The position numbers and the translations under genes were made by a program. The notes under the pieces are model-generated. The model was not told the origin of the DNA. It saw only the letters and a list, made by a program, of their open reading frames with translations, and did no database searches. A stretch of DNA of 64,000 nucleotides from Rhizophagus irregularis (lineage: Eukaryota). Below, one piece after another: positions 12,765 to 25,680 of this stretch; the first letter of the stretch is position 1, and every line of letters starts with the position of its first letter. Location of the stretch: positions 3,472,001 through 3,536,000 of the forward strand of contig NC_089431.1 in assembly GCF_026210795.1 (NCBI RefSeq), in the 5' to 3' direction.

Positions 12765-14142
12765 TTTTTTACATGATTACTATATATAATATATATATAA
12801 TAAGTGTCCAATTCATATCATGAAAGTGACAATTTCAAAAACTTTAGCTGAAGAAATATTTTAGCTAAATTTTTTAATCACTTAGTTATAGCGAAATACT
12901 AATTTTAGCCAATATATGGATCATTTTTACTTAATTTGTTGACCAAAAATAAAAATTTACTAATTTCGATTTTGTTATTTTTTTTTATTTTAAAAAAAAG
13001 CCGTTAATAAAAAATCATTTTTTTTTGATCCTAATGAAGAAAAGGAATTGTTTTTTACTATTTTTAATAGAAAATCATTTTTTTTTCGATTTTAATAAAG
13101 AAAAGGAACAATTTTTATCATTTGTTAATAAAAAGTCATTTTTTTTTCAATTTTAATATTAAAATTTTTCTTATTTGTTTTAGAATTTCATATTTATAAA
13201 ATTTTCTCATGAAAAAAATTTCATATCTATTTTGTAACTACCTTCATAAAGAATGACATTATGAAAAAAATTATTACAACTATTTATAAAAAAAAATCTT
13301 CATATCTATTTATGAAAAAAAAATTATTTGTCTATCATATTAACAGTATTCACTAAAATATTTATTATAAATTGTTTTTATTTTATTTTATTAAAGAAAA
13401 AAATTAAATTTATTTACTAATTTATTTATTAGAATTTGCTTACTAACAAAACATATTTACAGAATGATTTACACAATTAAATTAACTATGATAAAAATGC
13501 CATATTAATATATTAATAAATTAGTAATAACAGATAATGAAAAATAAACAGAAAATATTAATTAATAATCAAATAAGACATTATCAAACCTGTTGCAGCA
13601 GTTGATCCATTTGCAACATCCTAAAATAAGGTTGTAAGACCGAACCAAACTATAAAAAAATATATTTAATCTAATTTAATAAATTGGTAAGAATAATAAT
13701 TAATGAATCAAAAAAATCCCCCTGTTATGAATTAGTTGCAGTAGCTGATCCGTTCACCCATCCTGATATGAAACTATAGGGCCAAACCTAATGTTAATTA
13801 ATAACCACCTATTATTGAATTTTCTGCAATAGTAGAATAATAAAAAAAAATTAAAATTTGTTGGTAATCTTGTAGTAAAAAATAATAATAAATAAAAGAT
13901 AAATAAGAAAGAAATTTGTTCGTCCATCCTGACATGAAACCATAAGGACGAACCTAAAATCATGAAAGAAATGATATAATTTAATTAAATTAATAAATTG
14001 ATTCACAAAATAATATAAGAATGAAAAAAAATACTAATAGTATTAATAATTAATAATCAAAAAAAAATTCACCCATTGTAGAACTTGCTGTAGCAGCTGA
14101 TCCAGCTGATCCATTCATCCGCCCAAAACAAAAGCCCACCTA

Positions 14143-14382
14143 CCCTATTAAAAATATTGTCCAAACACTGTTCGGTTTTTTGTTCGGAAAATCGAACCGT
14201 TCCGAACATTTACTTGACATTTATTGGACATTCATCATGATATTGTACGTTTTTTATGTGGTTAAAAATTCTCAATCTCCGCATCTTGTATTAAATTGTA
14301 ACAAATATTGTATAATAGCGTGCGAGTGTACGGAAAATTGAACCCATTCCGAATATTTATTGGACAAAAATTTTTTATAGGG
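14143..14382. mobile_element. CCCTA-terminated MITE (CACTA/CMC-like)
   Basis: Imperfect TIR CCCTATWAAAA..TTGTCCAA. 3-bp TSD CTA (14140-14142 / 14383-14385). Confidence 0.7.
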
Positions 14383-16404
14383 CTAAAATTATAAAAAAAT
14401 GTATAAAATTATTTATTAATAAAAGTGTGATAAAAAATCAATTAAAATTAGCTAGGTAATTTGCAAATATACCGATCTGCTAATTTTTACCGAACTCAGC
14501 CACTAACTCAGCCATGATATTCTTTGGCAATTCCATTAGTTAGAGTTATATAAGTCAAATAATCTATACCATTGTATCATTATTCTTTATTTTGATGCAG
14601 ATACAGACAATGTTCATGAATAATAGAATTAATGTTGAGTGTCATAACTCCGTGTTATTTCATTGTTACTTATGAAATAGTGAATGATAGATTAAACAAG
14701 CATAGCATGTATACAATATGTAAAATTACAAAAAATTGTGGGATTTATGAAGTGAATCCAGGTATCTTATTATCTGACAGAAAAATATCTGCAAAACTAA
14801 GACAATTTGAGGAATGGTGTAGTGAATTTACTTCAATTTAATGATGTGATATTAAGTTGTGATTTCGAGAAATTTGAGACATATAATAGCTCTGTTTTCA
14901 TCATGAGAAAAATGAGAGAATTTGGTAGAAATTTGTCATATTAAAGATATATATTGATATATGCCTTGGCATCCAGATTACTTATACGTCAATTTGAAAA
15001 GTAGTCTTGGTTATTTCTGCCTTATAAAATGGAACTGCTATAGTGTCTTCTAATTCATCCTCTAATTCCAACTCGTCTACAGTCAATGTCATGTTTGGAG
15101 ATCATATGAACCAAATAAATCAATTGAATCATGTACTAAATGAATCAAAAATAATATTAATTTAACTATTTTTTTTCAATACTTTAATTTTAGGAGGAAT
15201 TTATATAAATGTAGCTAAATTAAATTATACTTATTTATAATTAAAAAAATCTTGCTTTTTAATTACTATCAAATAAAATTACTGACTCTGTCATAAAGTC
15301 AGATTGTAAGTAAAACTGATACTGATACATGTTACAATTCTTTTATTATTTACTCAAATATATATTATCCAATTTATTTAACTCAGCTCACTTATGCCCA
15401 AATTGCTCTAGTTAACATGTTAAATTAAATTAATTCACGAGCTTATTTTACTTAGTCATTAATTTTAACTCATAATACTTTAATTCAAATGCTTTATTTA
15501 TTCTCAAATACAATTATTATTGTAAAGTTAAATAAAATAATAATGCTCTAACTATTAAATATTAATAATTAGTAAATACACTAATTCATTAAACTAGATA
15601 AATTCATCACCTGACTGTAGAAGGTTATTTATGCTTTATAAAAAGAAAATTTTAATGAAAGCCTAATTAATAAACTCTAAATATAGGGAACCATATGATA
15701 AATTGATAATTAGATGCAATATTACTTTATTACCGTAACATTATTTTTTTAATCCGGTAAATGGTTGATTTTAAAATATCTATTAAGACTTTGCTTGTCC
15801 AATTTGTTCAATTTTAATTAAATATTTCACCCTTTGTCATTAATAATTTTCGAGTTGGTTTATCATTCTCATAGTTCTCTGGCAGAATCCAAGACTTAAA
15901 TCTAAAATATTATATTCCTTTGTCAAAGTTCAATGACTTAATAAAAAATTAGTTACGTTCTAATTATAATTCTTAAATTAAATGAAGCTTACCATAAAAA
16001 TTAGAAATCTAATCTAATAATTTTTTTTTTAGAAATCGTGTGCATTAAATTTATAATTCATCATTATTTTTATATTGTCCCACTACGTTCTCGGACAAAA
16101 AAAATAATCAACATATAATTTATATATTGATTAATAAATAAAATGATTAAGAAAGTCAAAAAAAAAAATTTTATTATTTTACGCTATTGTGATACATCCC
16201 CACGTGAATTTTCTGTCGGTTGACTCCGCGAGCGTAGAATGAACCAAAATAACGTGTAGATCCTTCCTTTTTTGGTTAATGATAGGCTTTATATGACGGC
16301 ATATGACTTAATTAATTACCGTCACAGTTACGTCTAATAAGTTTGCACCTTTTTATGAGTACGTTACCTATTTATATATTGCATGAGTCCGTACCTATAA
16401 AATT

Positions 16405-16490
16405 ATTTATTCTTTGATGGAACTCTTTTATTCTTTGATAGAATTCTTTTATTTTTTGACGGAATTCTTTTATTCTTTGATGGAATTCTT
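16405..16490. repeat. 21-bp tandem repeat x4 upstream of kinase 2
   Basis: TTTTATTCTTTGATGGAATTC variants. They generate the spurious ORF 16414-16653. Confidence 0.8.
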
Positions 16491-16684
16491 GTTAAATCTC
16501 ATTCAAAAATTCTTCCGAAATAAGCGTCTAGGTTATTTACTTGCAAGAAATGAATGCATAGAATTTTTCATGAAAATTTGGAAAAAGAATTCCGTGTTAA
16601 ATTTTACCACAAATATATATATACTAGAAAGTTTTCTTGAACGTTACAAATGAACGAAATTTTTATTTTAGATAGTTTGAAATA

Positions 16685-18720
16685 ATGGAGCAACCAGTAA
16701 GTTATAAACATAAAACTGATATTTTAATATCGGACAACACACCTTCAACTCAGCCGACACGAAAATCACAAAACATATATAAGAAATGTAATGAATGTAA
16801 TATAAAAAGAAAAATTTTTGATAAAAGTCACGAGATTTGTCACGTGTGTTACAATATAAAGAAAATACTTAAGCCTAAACAAAGTGGAAACAAAGTTATT
16901 GACGATTTTATCAGATATACTCAAAGTAATTATGCCACTATAGATGATGGTAAAATGGAGTTTATTCCTTATGATCAATTCAATAATATAGAATTTATTG
17001 CTGAAGGAGGATTTAGTAAAATTTATAAAGCTACTTGGGTTGATGGTCCTATCAATAATTGGGATGAGATTAAAAATAATCATTGGAATATTACTCGTAG
17101 AAAAAATTATACCGTTGTTCTCAAAAAGCTTAACAATTCTAAAAACATTGCGTCCAAGGAATTAAATGAGGTATAGCACATTTAATAGTTTTAAATATTC
17201 AATACGATGATGATAAACTAATGATTTTTTTATTTAGCTCAAGGTATTTTATCAGATTTTTTCAAATAAGAATGCAAGTAAAAGTTTTATTAGTAATTAT
17301 TTTGGAATTACTCAAGATCCTATTACCAAAGATATTATGATTATTATGCCATATTATAATTCAGGTGATTTGATACATTATATAAGTAATGACTTTTATA
17401 ATATTAATTGGAAAACAAAATTGGGTTATTTAGATAATATAATATATGGACTTAAGAATATACATGAAGCAAAAATTATCCACAGAGATTTACATAGTGG
17501 AAATATCTTTTTTAATTATATCTCTGCATATATAGGTGATCTAGGAATAAGTAAATCTGCAACTGAATGTACAGATAATAGCAATGAGAATTATGGTATT
17601 ATTCCTTATATGGCTCCAGAGATTTTTCAAGGGCAAAAATATATTACAGCCTCAGATATATATAGTTTCGGTATGATTATGTGGGAATTTATGACAGGTA
17701 GAAGACCTTTTTGGGATCGAAATCATGATACAGAACTTATTATTGATATTTATGATGGTTTAAGACCACCAATTGCTACAAATGCACCTGAAGAATATAT
17801 TGAATTAATGAAAGAATGCTGGCATTCTGATCCAAATAAAAGACCCACAGCTGTAGATATACGTATTATATTTAATAGTATGTTTAGTAAAGAATATTAT
17901 GGTAAAACCAAAGTTATAAAATCATCAGATATTGGACCTGTAACAATAAATAATCTAGGCGCCGTTTATAAGAGTAGACCTTTAAGTCAAATGATTCAAT
18001 CCGCAATGTCTTTAAGGAGATCAAGAAGTCAATCTATCGGTAAACATTTTTATTATATTGACGACTGTTTTATTGTAAAGAAAATTCTAACTTTTTTTAA
18101 CAATTACTTAGATCCATTTTATTATTACCAGAAAAATAGCAAGGCATCTGCTGGTAATTACTCAGTTTACGTTTAATGTGACGCTTTGTATTATTATTAA
18201 TAACATTATTCATTTACAGATAAAAGAAAGGTCGATAAAGGTTTTGTTGAAGACAGTAATATCAACGGTATGATAAAGTTAGATTCCATGCATAATTATC
18301 TAATAAAAATTGATAACTCAGTATACTTTATTGGTCTTCAACTATTTTAATTTTCATTTACGATTTTTTTTTAAAAAAATATAATTAGATCAAAGTATTA
18401 AAAGGAGAAAATTATTTGAGAATGAAAATCATGGTAAATAAAATTTTATTTTTACATAAATAACATTTTTATTATTATGTAAATTCTATAAATCAAAATA
18501 AATTTAAATACTTTTTTAGATTATTTTACGAAAGAAATCGAATTAGATATTAACGCAAATATGAATCAACAACAACACAACGGTAAGTAAATACTCTATG
18601 TTTTTCTTTTTATTTATAAATATATAAATAATAGTTTTAATTTTTTTAATTATAGAAATAGAATATGTTACCAAGGAATTTGATATAGACATTAATAATA
18701 TTGATGAGTCAAATTTATAG
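16685..18720 (+). CDS. TKL protein kinase with N-terminal CxxC..CxxC module, ~7 exons
   Basis: Full kinase motif set. Intron 17171-17237, donor at 18040, then five short GT-AG-bounded exons ending ...EFDIDINNIDESNL* at 18720. Confidence 0.92.
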
Positions 18721-19398
18721 TATTAATATTTATATTAACATGTAGTTGTAGTGTAATCCGGTTAATTTAATTTAATAGTTGAATATTAGTCTCAGCACAA
18801 CGTGACCTCGTAACTGCGGCACTATCGTGCCTATATATTTAATATAGCAAATAAAACGAATTTTCTTTACTATTAAGTTTATGTATTCGTAACAAACCCA
18901 ATTTTTTTTCATAAATGACATAAATTTTACGTTAGATACTCATGCCACTTTAAAGGTTTGGTATAAATATAATTTTTATTGGCTCAATGTGAGCACAAAA
19001 TAATTTGTATTTATTGATTGTATAAGATTTCAAATGAAATAATTCTAATATTTTTCGCGAATTTATTTTGAATCGCTATTTTTATAATTATTTAATATGA
19101 TTTTTCTTGTAAATAAAGAGATTGATAATTCACTAATAAGAAAATATTTTATTTGATGGTCATTAGCCATTACTAACTTCAGACGTAATAAGGTTGGTAG
19201 CGTATGTGTCTATTATGTATTGCAATGAAAAAAGTTGACTCCTAACTTTCTAACTTTGATACCCTAGTTGTTCTGGCACAGCTGAACCAATGCACACGTG
19301 ATTAATAATGATTGTCATGACGTCAGAATAAAAAAGAATTGGTTTTTTTTAAAAAAAATAAAAAAAAATAAAAGAAAAGAAAATTATTTTTATATAAT

Positions 19399-19578
19399 GA
19401 TATTTTAAAGAATGATGAATTTTATGATATTACAATTGAAGTTTATAGTAGTCTTACGTTAAGATATTTCTCTCATATGAATATATTATAAATTTTCGTT
19501 CTCCTTATTCCGAAAAATTTTATCAATAGTAATGGAGCTTTACTACTAATATTCTACCAGAAATTTTCCAGATATAAG
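19399..19578 (+). pseudogene. BTB/POZ-domain gene relic
   Basis: Frameshifted pieces ILKNDEFYDITIEV / YVKIF / HMNIL / RSPY / NILPEIFQI match the N-terminus typical of the expanded glomeromycotan BTB family. Confidence 0.65.
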
Positions 19579-20124
19579 ATTTAAAATTTTTAAGTTATGA
19601 CGGTTTTCTAAATTTTTACAATAAAAAATAAACTATACAATTAAAATTATTTATTTTTAGTCTTTAATCAATTAATAATTGTTTTAATTAATTAGATTAA
19701 AAAGCAATAAATAAATAAATAAATAAATAAAACAGTAAAATAGTAAAAACACATTAAAAATTACCTTGAACTGTGCGCTAGACTTTTCTAAGAAAGTCAT
19801 TCTAAGTCTTAAAAAAAAGATTTCAAAAAATAAGAGAACAAAAGAAAAAAAAATAGTACACGAAAAGTGGATGAAAAAAAGATTATCTGCGATAAACAAA
19901 CAGATTAAATATATGCGTGACAAAATCACGTGAAAAAAGAACTGTACTGTACGGAAAAAAAATCGTACAATGATTATTCGTACAGTACAGTTTAGCTGAT
20001 CGTACAGTACAGTTTATATGTATACCCCCTAAATATTATTAATAGTATGAGTGTCAAAATAATGCAACTTTTCTGTCCTTTATTTGTTATCTACGTTGTC
20101 AATTAAATATTTCTATCTCGCAAC

Positions 20125-20945
20125 CTAGGGAATGATTAGATTCCTACACATACTTAACACTATTGAATTCTCATTCCTCCAGTTTATCTTTATCTTTTTT
20201 ATATAATTCCAAAAATTAATCATTGCTCCTGTAAGTTTGTCGATCAAAACTTTGATCGAATCATTACTGGACTTGGTCAGCTCTGCAAGTTCTTTAATGA
20301 AATCATTAATGGAATCATTACCAGACCTGGTCAACTCTATGAGTTCCTTAATATTTTCTAACATTAATTGGCTTCTGCTGATTGTAACCGTTGTATTTCT
20401 AGTTCACTGCAATCATTATGTGAGTAATTTGGACCTGCAACAACTCAACAAAACACTCACTTTACAGTACACCATGCACTGTAACATTGATCTCTTCAAA
20501 CTTCTTCTTTACTTCATATTCAAGAGTATCCCCCTTCACTTGCGTACTTGAAGTGCTAGTTGAAATTTTTTGCGTACAAGTTGATTCATCATGAAATGGG
20601 GTTCTATTATTGCATGGAATATAGGCTTTGTCAATTTCTTTAAAATCAACTGTAAAAGGTCCATCTTCGTCAGACAGGGTTCTGCTCATGTTTTTGTAAT
20701 ATAGTTCCTAGTGATGTTAACTACTTCATCAAGGTCAGATTTAGTATGAAGATAGACGTCATACCACAATATAGGATCAAGACATAACCTTAAATGAGCG
20801 TCTTGAGTATTCTGAAATGACTGCGTCAATTATAGAAGAAGTTGAGAGGTTTTATAAGAGCTGTTGGTTCGAGGGTAGTGTTCAAAGTAAAATAAGGCAA
20901 ACCAGATTCCTCTGGTCCTATTAATTCTGTAGTAGTGGTAGCCAT
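20125..20945 (-). pseudogene. Fragmented gene of unknown function with C-terminal 14-aa helical repeats
   Basis: Coding-like composition across three track ORFs and an intervening open frame (QSFQNTQDAHLRLCLDPILWYDVY...) separated by frameshifts. The C-terminus repeats ELT(R/K)S.NDSI. Confidence 0.5.
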
Positions 20946-21488
20946 TAAAGTACTTGTAATCAAGGGAAAAGTTTTATAAAAAATAATACTTTCGAATATA
21001 AAATGGAAAATTTTATTATCTAAAATAATACTTGCGAATATGAGGGAAGATTTTATGAACAATGATTTAAAATGATTGATTTGATTGATTAATTGAAAAA
21101 AATTCTCGAATTTTTATAATTACGAATATTACCAATCACTTAATCATATGGTTGACCATATTTGACTAAGTATGTACATATATTTTTTCATATGCGCAGT
21201 GCTAAAGATAGAAATGTTGGTAGACAAACTAGACATGTTGGAGAAAAATATAACAACTTACGAGAAAATCAAACAATTGTCTAAAAAAAAATATAAATAA
21301 ATAGTAAAGGAGAAACGGAAATGTGATATTGACGTAATTTCCTTATTATTTAATAGATGCAGGATTGCAGTTGATCTGTTGATGGACTGATGTATCACAT
21401 GATTCAGGATTTAAACTTGTCTAACAAATGTAAGATTCTATAATAATTTTGCAATTCTTAATTAATAATAAGTAATAAGGATTATATT

Positions 21489-21932
21489 GCACATCTGAAA
21501 TGTGTGTCAGGTTGACGGCGCAGTGTGGCGCAGCGATTTTTCCCAAAAAAATTAAATTGCAATTTTTTTTATTTAAAATAAACCTTTAAATTACTGCACT
21601 AGATGTATTTTCGTCCGCTCTACAAATTTACTTAGAGTATATACGGGCGGTTTAGAAGGCCATTTTCGAGTTATTTAACAAAAACCGTTTTTTTGACAAA
21701 TCCAATTTTGGAAATGATCGGCAAAGACGATAAAATCAGTTGTTATATACTAAAGTCAAAATCTACGTCCAAAACCTCCTTCCGTTTATAAGTGAATTTT
21801 GTAAAACAGATGAAAATACATCTAATATGTAAATTTGAAAGCATTATATTAAAAAGAAAATCTTTAACTTAGATTTTTTTTGAATTACTGCGCCACACTG
21901 CGCCGTCAACCTGACACACATTTCAGACGTGC
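21489..21932. mobile_element. Mutator (MULE)-type MITE
   Basis: 45-bp near-perfect TIR GCAC(A/G)TCTGAAATGTGTGTCAGGTTGACGGCGCAGTGTGGCGCAG. Perfect 9-bp TSD GATTATATT (21480-21488 / 21933-21941). Confidence 0.92.
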
Positions 21933-22710
21933 GATTATATTGTCGTATGACGTACAGTATTTTGTTGGTGTTGTGGAACGTAACGACAATTTTTTTTTCT
22001 AAAAAAAATAAAAACATGTATTAAAAACAAATATGATGAATAATGAGAATTCTTTTTAGAAGATTTTTATCAAAAAATTATTGGAACAAAAAATTATAAT
22101 CCTAAAAAAATTTTAATTACTTGTTTGCTTAAAGGAGTCCTGATAATTATATGAGTATGTCCCCTATTTTATTTTATTTTATTTTATTTAACAAAAATAG
22201 AAAAATTATTCTTTTATGCTGTCATCAACCCTAAGTGACGCTGTTATAAAACAATTTACAAATGATAAACTAAGAATTACGGGACAGAAGAAGAAATCAC
22301 TGTGAAGAAAATTATCCACGTGAACGATGTTAAAATGCTGCGGATTTTACATGTGCGTTGTAAAATTCTCATTGATCAGATTATTAGTACGTAACCAACT
22401 GATTCTTTTGTGTGGCCAAGTGAAAGCCATCTCTGATCGCTAATTTTGAAGTCTTTTCAAAATCTATCTTTTCATTTTCATTTTTTTTTTATAGTCTCTC
22501 TCAGTGAATTAATGGTACATTTATGTATTTTTTGTATGTCTGAACCAAATATTAAGAATACATTTTCTTTCACTAAACTGGAAACAAACATGTGTACCCA
22601 AATGAAAATTTATTTTATAAAAGACGGAAATAAGGAAATATTTATACACTTAGTAGTAATGTAGTATCTCACTATTACAAATCACGAAAACAATATAATT
22701 TAGAGCAATA

Positions 22711-24399
22711 CTAGCCGCAACCTATTCTATTTTTGTTTTATATTTAGATAAATTATGATCTTATAATATTAACATGTTTTTTTTTTATTTTAAGTAAGAA
22801 AAAAACATATTTTATTCTAACTAAAAAAATCAAACAAAGTATATTTATTCAATAAAAAAAATATTTTATTTTGATTGTATCGCCGATCAAAACCTAAGAG
22901 GTGATACTTACTGTAGGATTGCAGTGTTACCTGTGAATTTTCTTCCTTTTCTTTAGTTGTTTTTATCTATAAAAACGAATTATTAAAGTAAATTGTATAT
23001 ATTAAATTAACCATGTAGAATCTAGGGAATAAAAAATAATTGTACGTTAAAGGTCCAATCACTGATCTAGATCTAAAAACATATTTGTATAGATTATTAT
23101 AAAGAGAAAAAAACTAGGATGAGAAATATTGAAAATTCAGTTTTAAAAAAATTGACCATATCAGAATTTAATATAGGCTCTTATATTTTTGCGAAATGAA
23201 CTTGATTCAAAACTTGATGAAGTATATAAATCTAGTAAATATGATGGTGGTTCAAGTAGAAGCACAGCACATTGCGAAAGATGGAAAAGTTTGGCTGCTA
23301 TTATGGTTTCTTTCGTCTATCCAAAATTTAGCACCACAATAAGTGCAAATCTGATTCATCCTTCCCAGTTCATGATGTGTTAATATACTGCCCATCTATA
23401 AGACTTACACCCAATTATGTTTGGTCTTTTTTACCTCTTTTCATAGTGATAATGTGCTTGCTTTTCATTATGTAATCTCTTTTTACGTTGTTCAGGTGCT
23501 TCACCTTCAAATATTTCCCTAGGGAGAAGACATATAGATTTTAGTATTAACAATATTAATATTATTACACGTTATATTTGTAGAAAATTGTTTTTTATTT
23601 TTACATAAAAAAAATATCATAGTAACATTATATATAAATTTTCTTTATTAGCATTAATATTATAGTTAATAATAAAAAAAACAATATTTAAATAAGTATT
23701 ATTATATAGTCATATTAATTAAATCTATTTCATTTTAGTTATATAGATTCAAATAAAGAAACCATATATTTATTTTTGATTATTTCGCGGAAATGATCTT
23801 GTAGTAAAAAAAAATCCTAAATTTACCAATAAGAAAAAAAGAAACGAAAAAAATAAGGTGCTTACCGTTGCCTGCAGCACCGATCCGATCCAAACCTAAA
23901 TGGTGAAAAATTCGGTTTGAAAAAAAAAGCCAAACTGAAAAAAAGAAAAAGTGAAAAAAATTTTTTCGGATTGGGAAAAAAGAAAAAGGTTTAAAGAATT
24001 CGAAAAAAACTGGAAAAAAAAAATTGGGAAGAGGGACAAAGTGAAAAATCGGTTGAAAAAAGAAACCAAAAGGGAAAAAGAAAGAAAAAATAATAATAAA
24101 AAAAAATTTGAAATAAATATTGAAAAAAAAATTCTGAAAAAAAAGGACAATAATTCGGTCCAAAAAGATCGAAAAATTTTTTTTTAAAAAAAAAATTAAT
24201 AATCAACAAAAAAATTCCCGATTAACGTTTATAAGGTTAAAATTTCATTAACTGGATTAGGTTAATTGGAATGAGACCATAAATAGATCAGGCGGAAGCA
24301 TGTCACGATTGTCACGGGTTTAATTATATGGCATGTTACACAATTCAAATTATTTATACGGAAACTAATCCAAACGTCAAATTTTTTTAGTTATATAGA
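22711..24399 (-). mobile_element. Internally deleted Helitron retaining the RepHel N-terminal zinc-finger fragment
   Basis: Minus 23165-23530 encodes HELGRMNQICTYCGAKFWIDE..FAMCC..LLEPPSYLLDLY..FRKNIRAY (broken). A|TCTATATAACTAAAA 5' termini at 24399 and 23747. Candidate 3' end GCGGCTAG|T at 22711 (no clear hairpin). Confidence 0.65.
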
Positions 24400-24772
24400 T
24401 TATTGGTTAAATATGAAAAAATTTGAGATTCTCACCCGGACAGGATATGAAAATGAATTTTTTAATAACTTTATGTTACCTAATTTAGGAGTCATTAAAT
24501 TTTCTGATAAAATCTGCATTTTCCCTATTATAAAATATAATTTTTTTATCATTATATTATGATTTTATCAATTTATGGAATACTATATATTTATTCTTCT
24601 AATGAAAGGTTTTGTGCCAATAAATTTGGTTTGTTAATAATACACTAAAGTCCTACACAGTTTCATATTATCATGTGGAAATTTATTTATATTAGCTCAT
24701 TAATAATATAAGCCAAAATGGTGAAATCAAAGATGATCTCACGATAAATTGGATTGATTTACAAAATGTTTA

Positions 24773-24800
24773 TTATTATATATATATATATATATATATA
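24773..24800. repeat. (TA)n microsatellite
   Basis: Visible run of TA units. Confidence 0.9.
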
Positions 24801-25170
24801 CCAATTTAAGAACAATTATTATCCATAATTATAATAATAAAAATAGACAAAGAATTCTTTGAATTCGTAAAATTCATTGGTTTTATTACAAATTTACAAT
24901 ATATATGTACATTAATGTACTGTATAATTTATATATAAATATCGTGCAAAAAGTACCCATTCTTGTAAAAAAAAATTCTAAAAAAAAAATTTTTTTACTT
25001 TCTTAAAACTAATCCACAAAAAATCATCAACACATAACTCGTATTTTCATAAAATTATTTCCATTGATAAAACTTTACATTCTAAGGTTCTACGTGGAGC
25101 TCTCTCTCGTACTGAAAGAAAGAAATAATAAAATTAGAAAAATCCTTATTCAAGAAAAACTTTTACACAA

Positions 25171-25680
25171 ATGGCAGAATACGCACCTAAGAAATTTAGA
25201 GGTTTATCTAGTGAAGATCTGTTACTTTGGGTTCAAAAATTCAGGCAATGGCAGGACTTGATCCCAATGCTAATGCCAGAGCTCGTATTAGGATTCATGG
25301 AGTTTTTGAAACCTGCCTCAAAGATGATTAATGTGAAATCAAAGAATTTGAACTTAAATTTAGATGAAAATATTTCACATATTTGTGCAGGCTATGGAAA
25401 AATGTATTTTAAATTTGATAAATATTTAGAATTGATCTCTGAATTTATTGAAGAAGTAAAGGATGCCATAACTTCAAGAGATCCTCAAAAACTTGTTAAA
25501 ATAACAGAAACTTACGGACAATTCATCCCAACAAGGGATAGTCCATCCGTACTAAATTATTGAAAATGATTGAATCCTTAAAACTTGACAATTCGACACT
25601 CCAATTGGAATTCAAAACCTCGATCTATTATACAACTCTCACATTATGATATTTACATCCTAAAGAAGCTCACGTAGTTA
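25171..25680 (+). pseudogene. Fragment of an expanded glomeromycotan protein family (possibly MACPF-related)
   Basis: ORF 25171-25563 ends with EFIEEVKDAITSRDPQKLVKITETYGQFIPT and then breaks off. The family is recalled from motif only. Confidence 0.4.

Noticed and set aside
14440..15110. Possible decayed retroelement or gene fragment (minus: DELELEDELEDTIAVPFY)
   Set aside because: Coding-like composition, but no diagnostic motif could be recognised.
22033..22100. Fragment resembling the Sel1 gene N-terminus (FLEDFYQKII)
   Set aside because: Too short and AT-rich to support.
23780..24209. Phe-rich and Lys-rich ORFs
   Set aside because: Artefacts of A/T homopolymer low complexity inside the Helitron relic.
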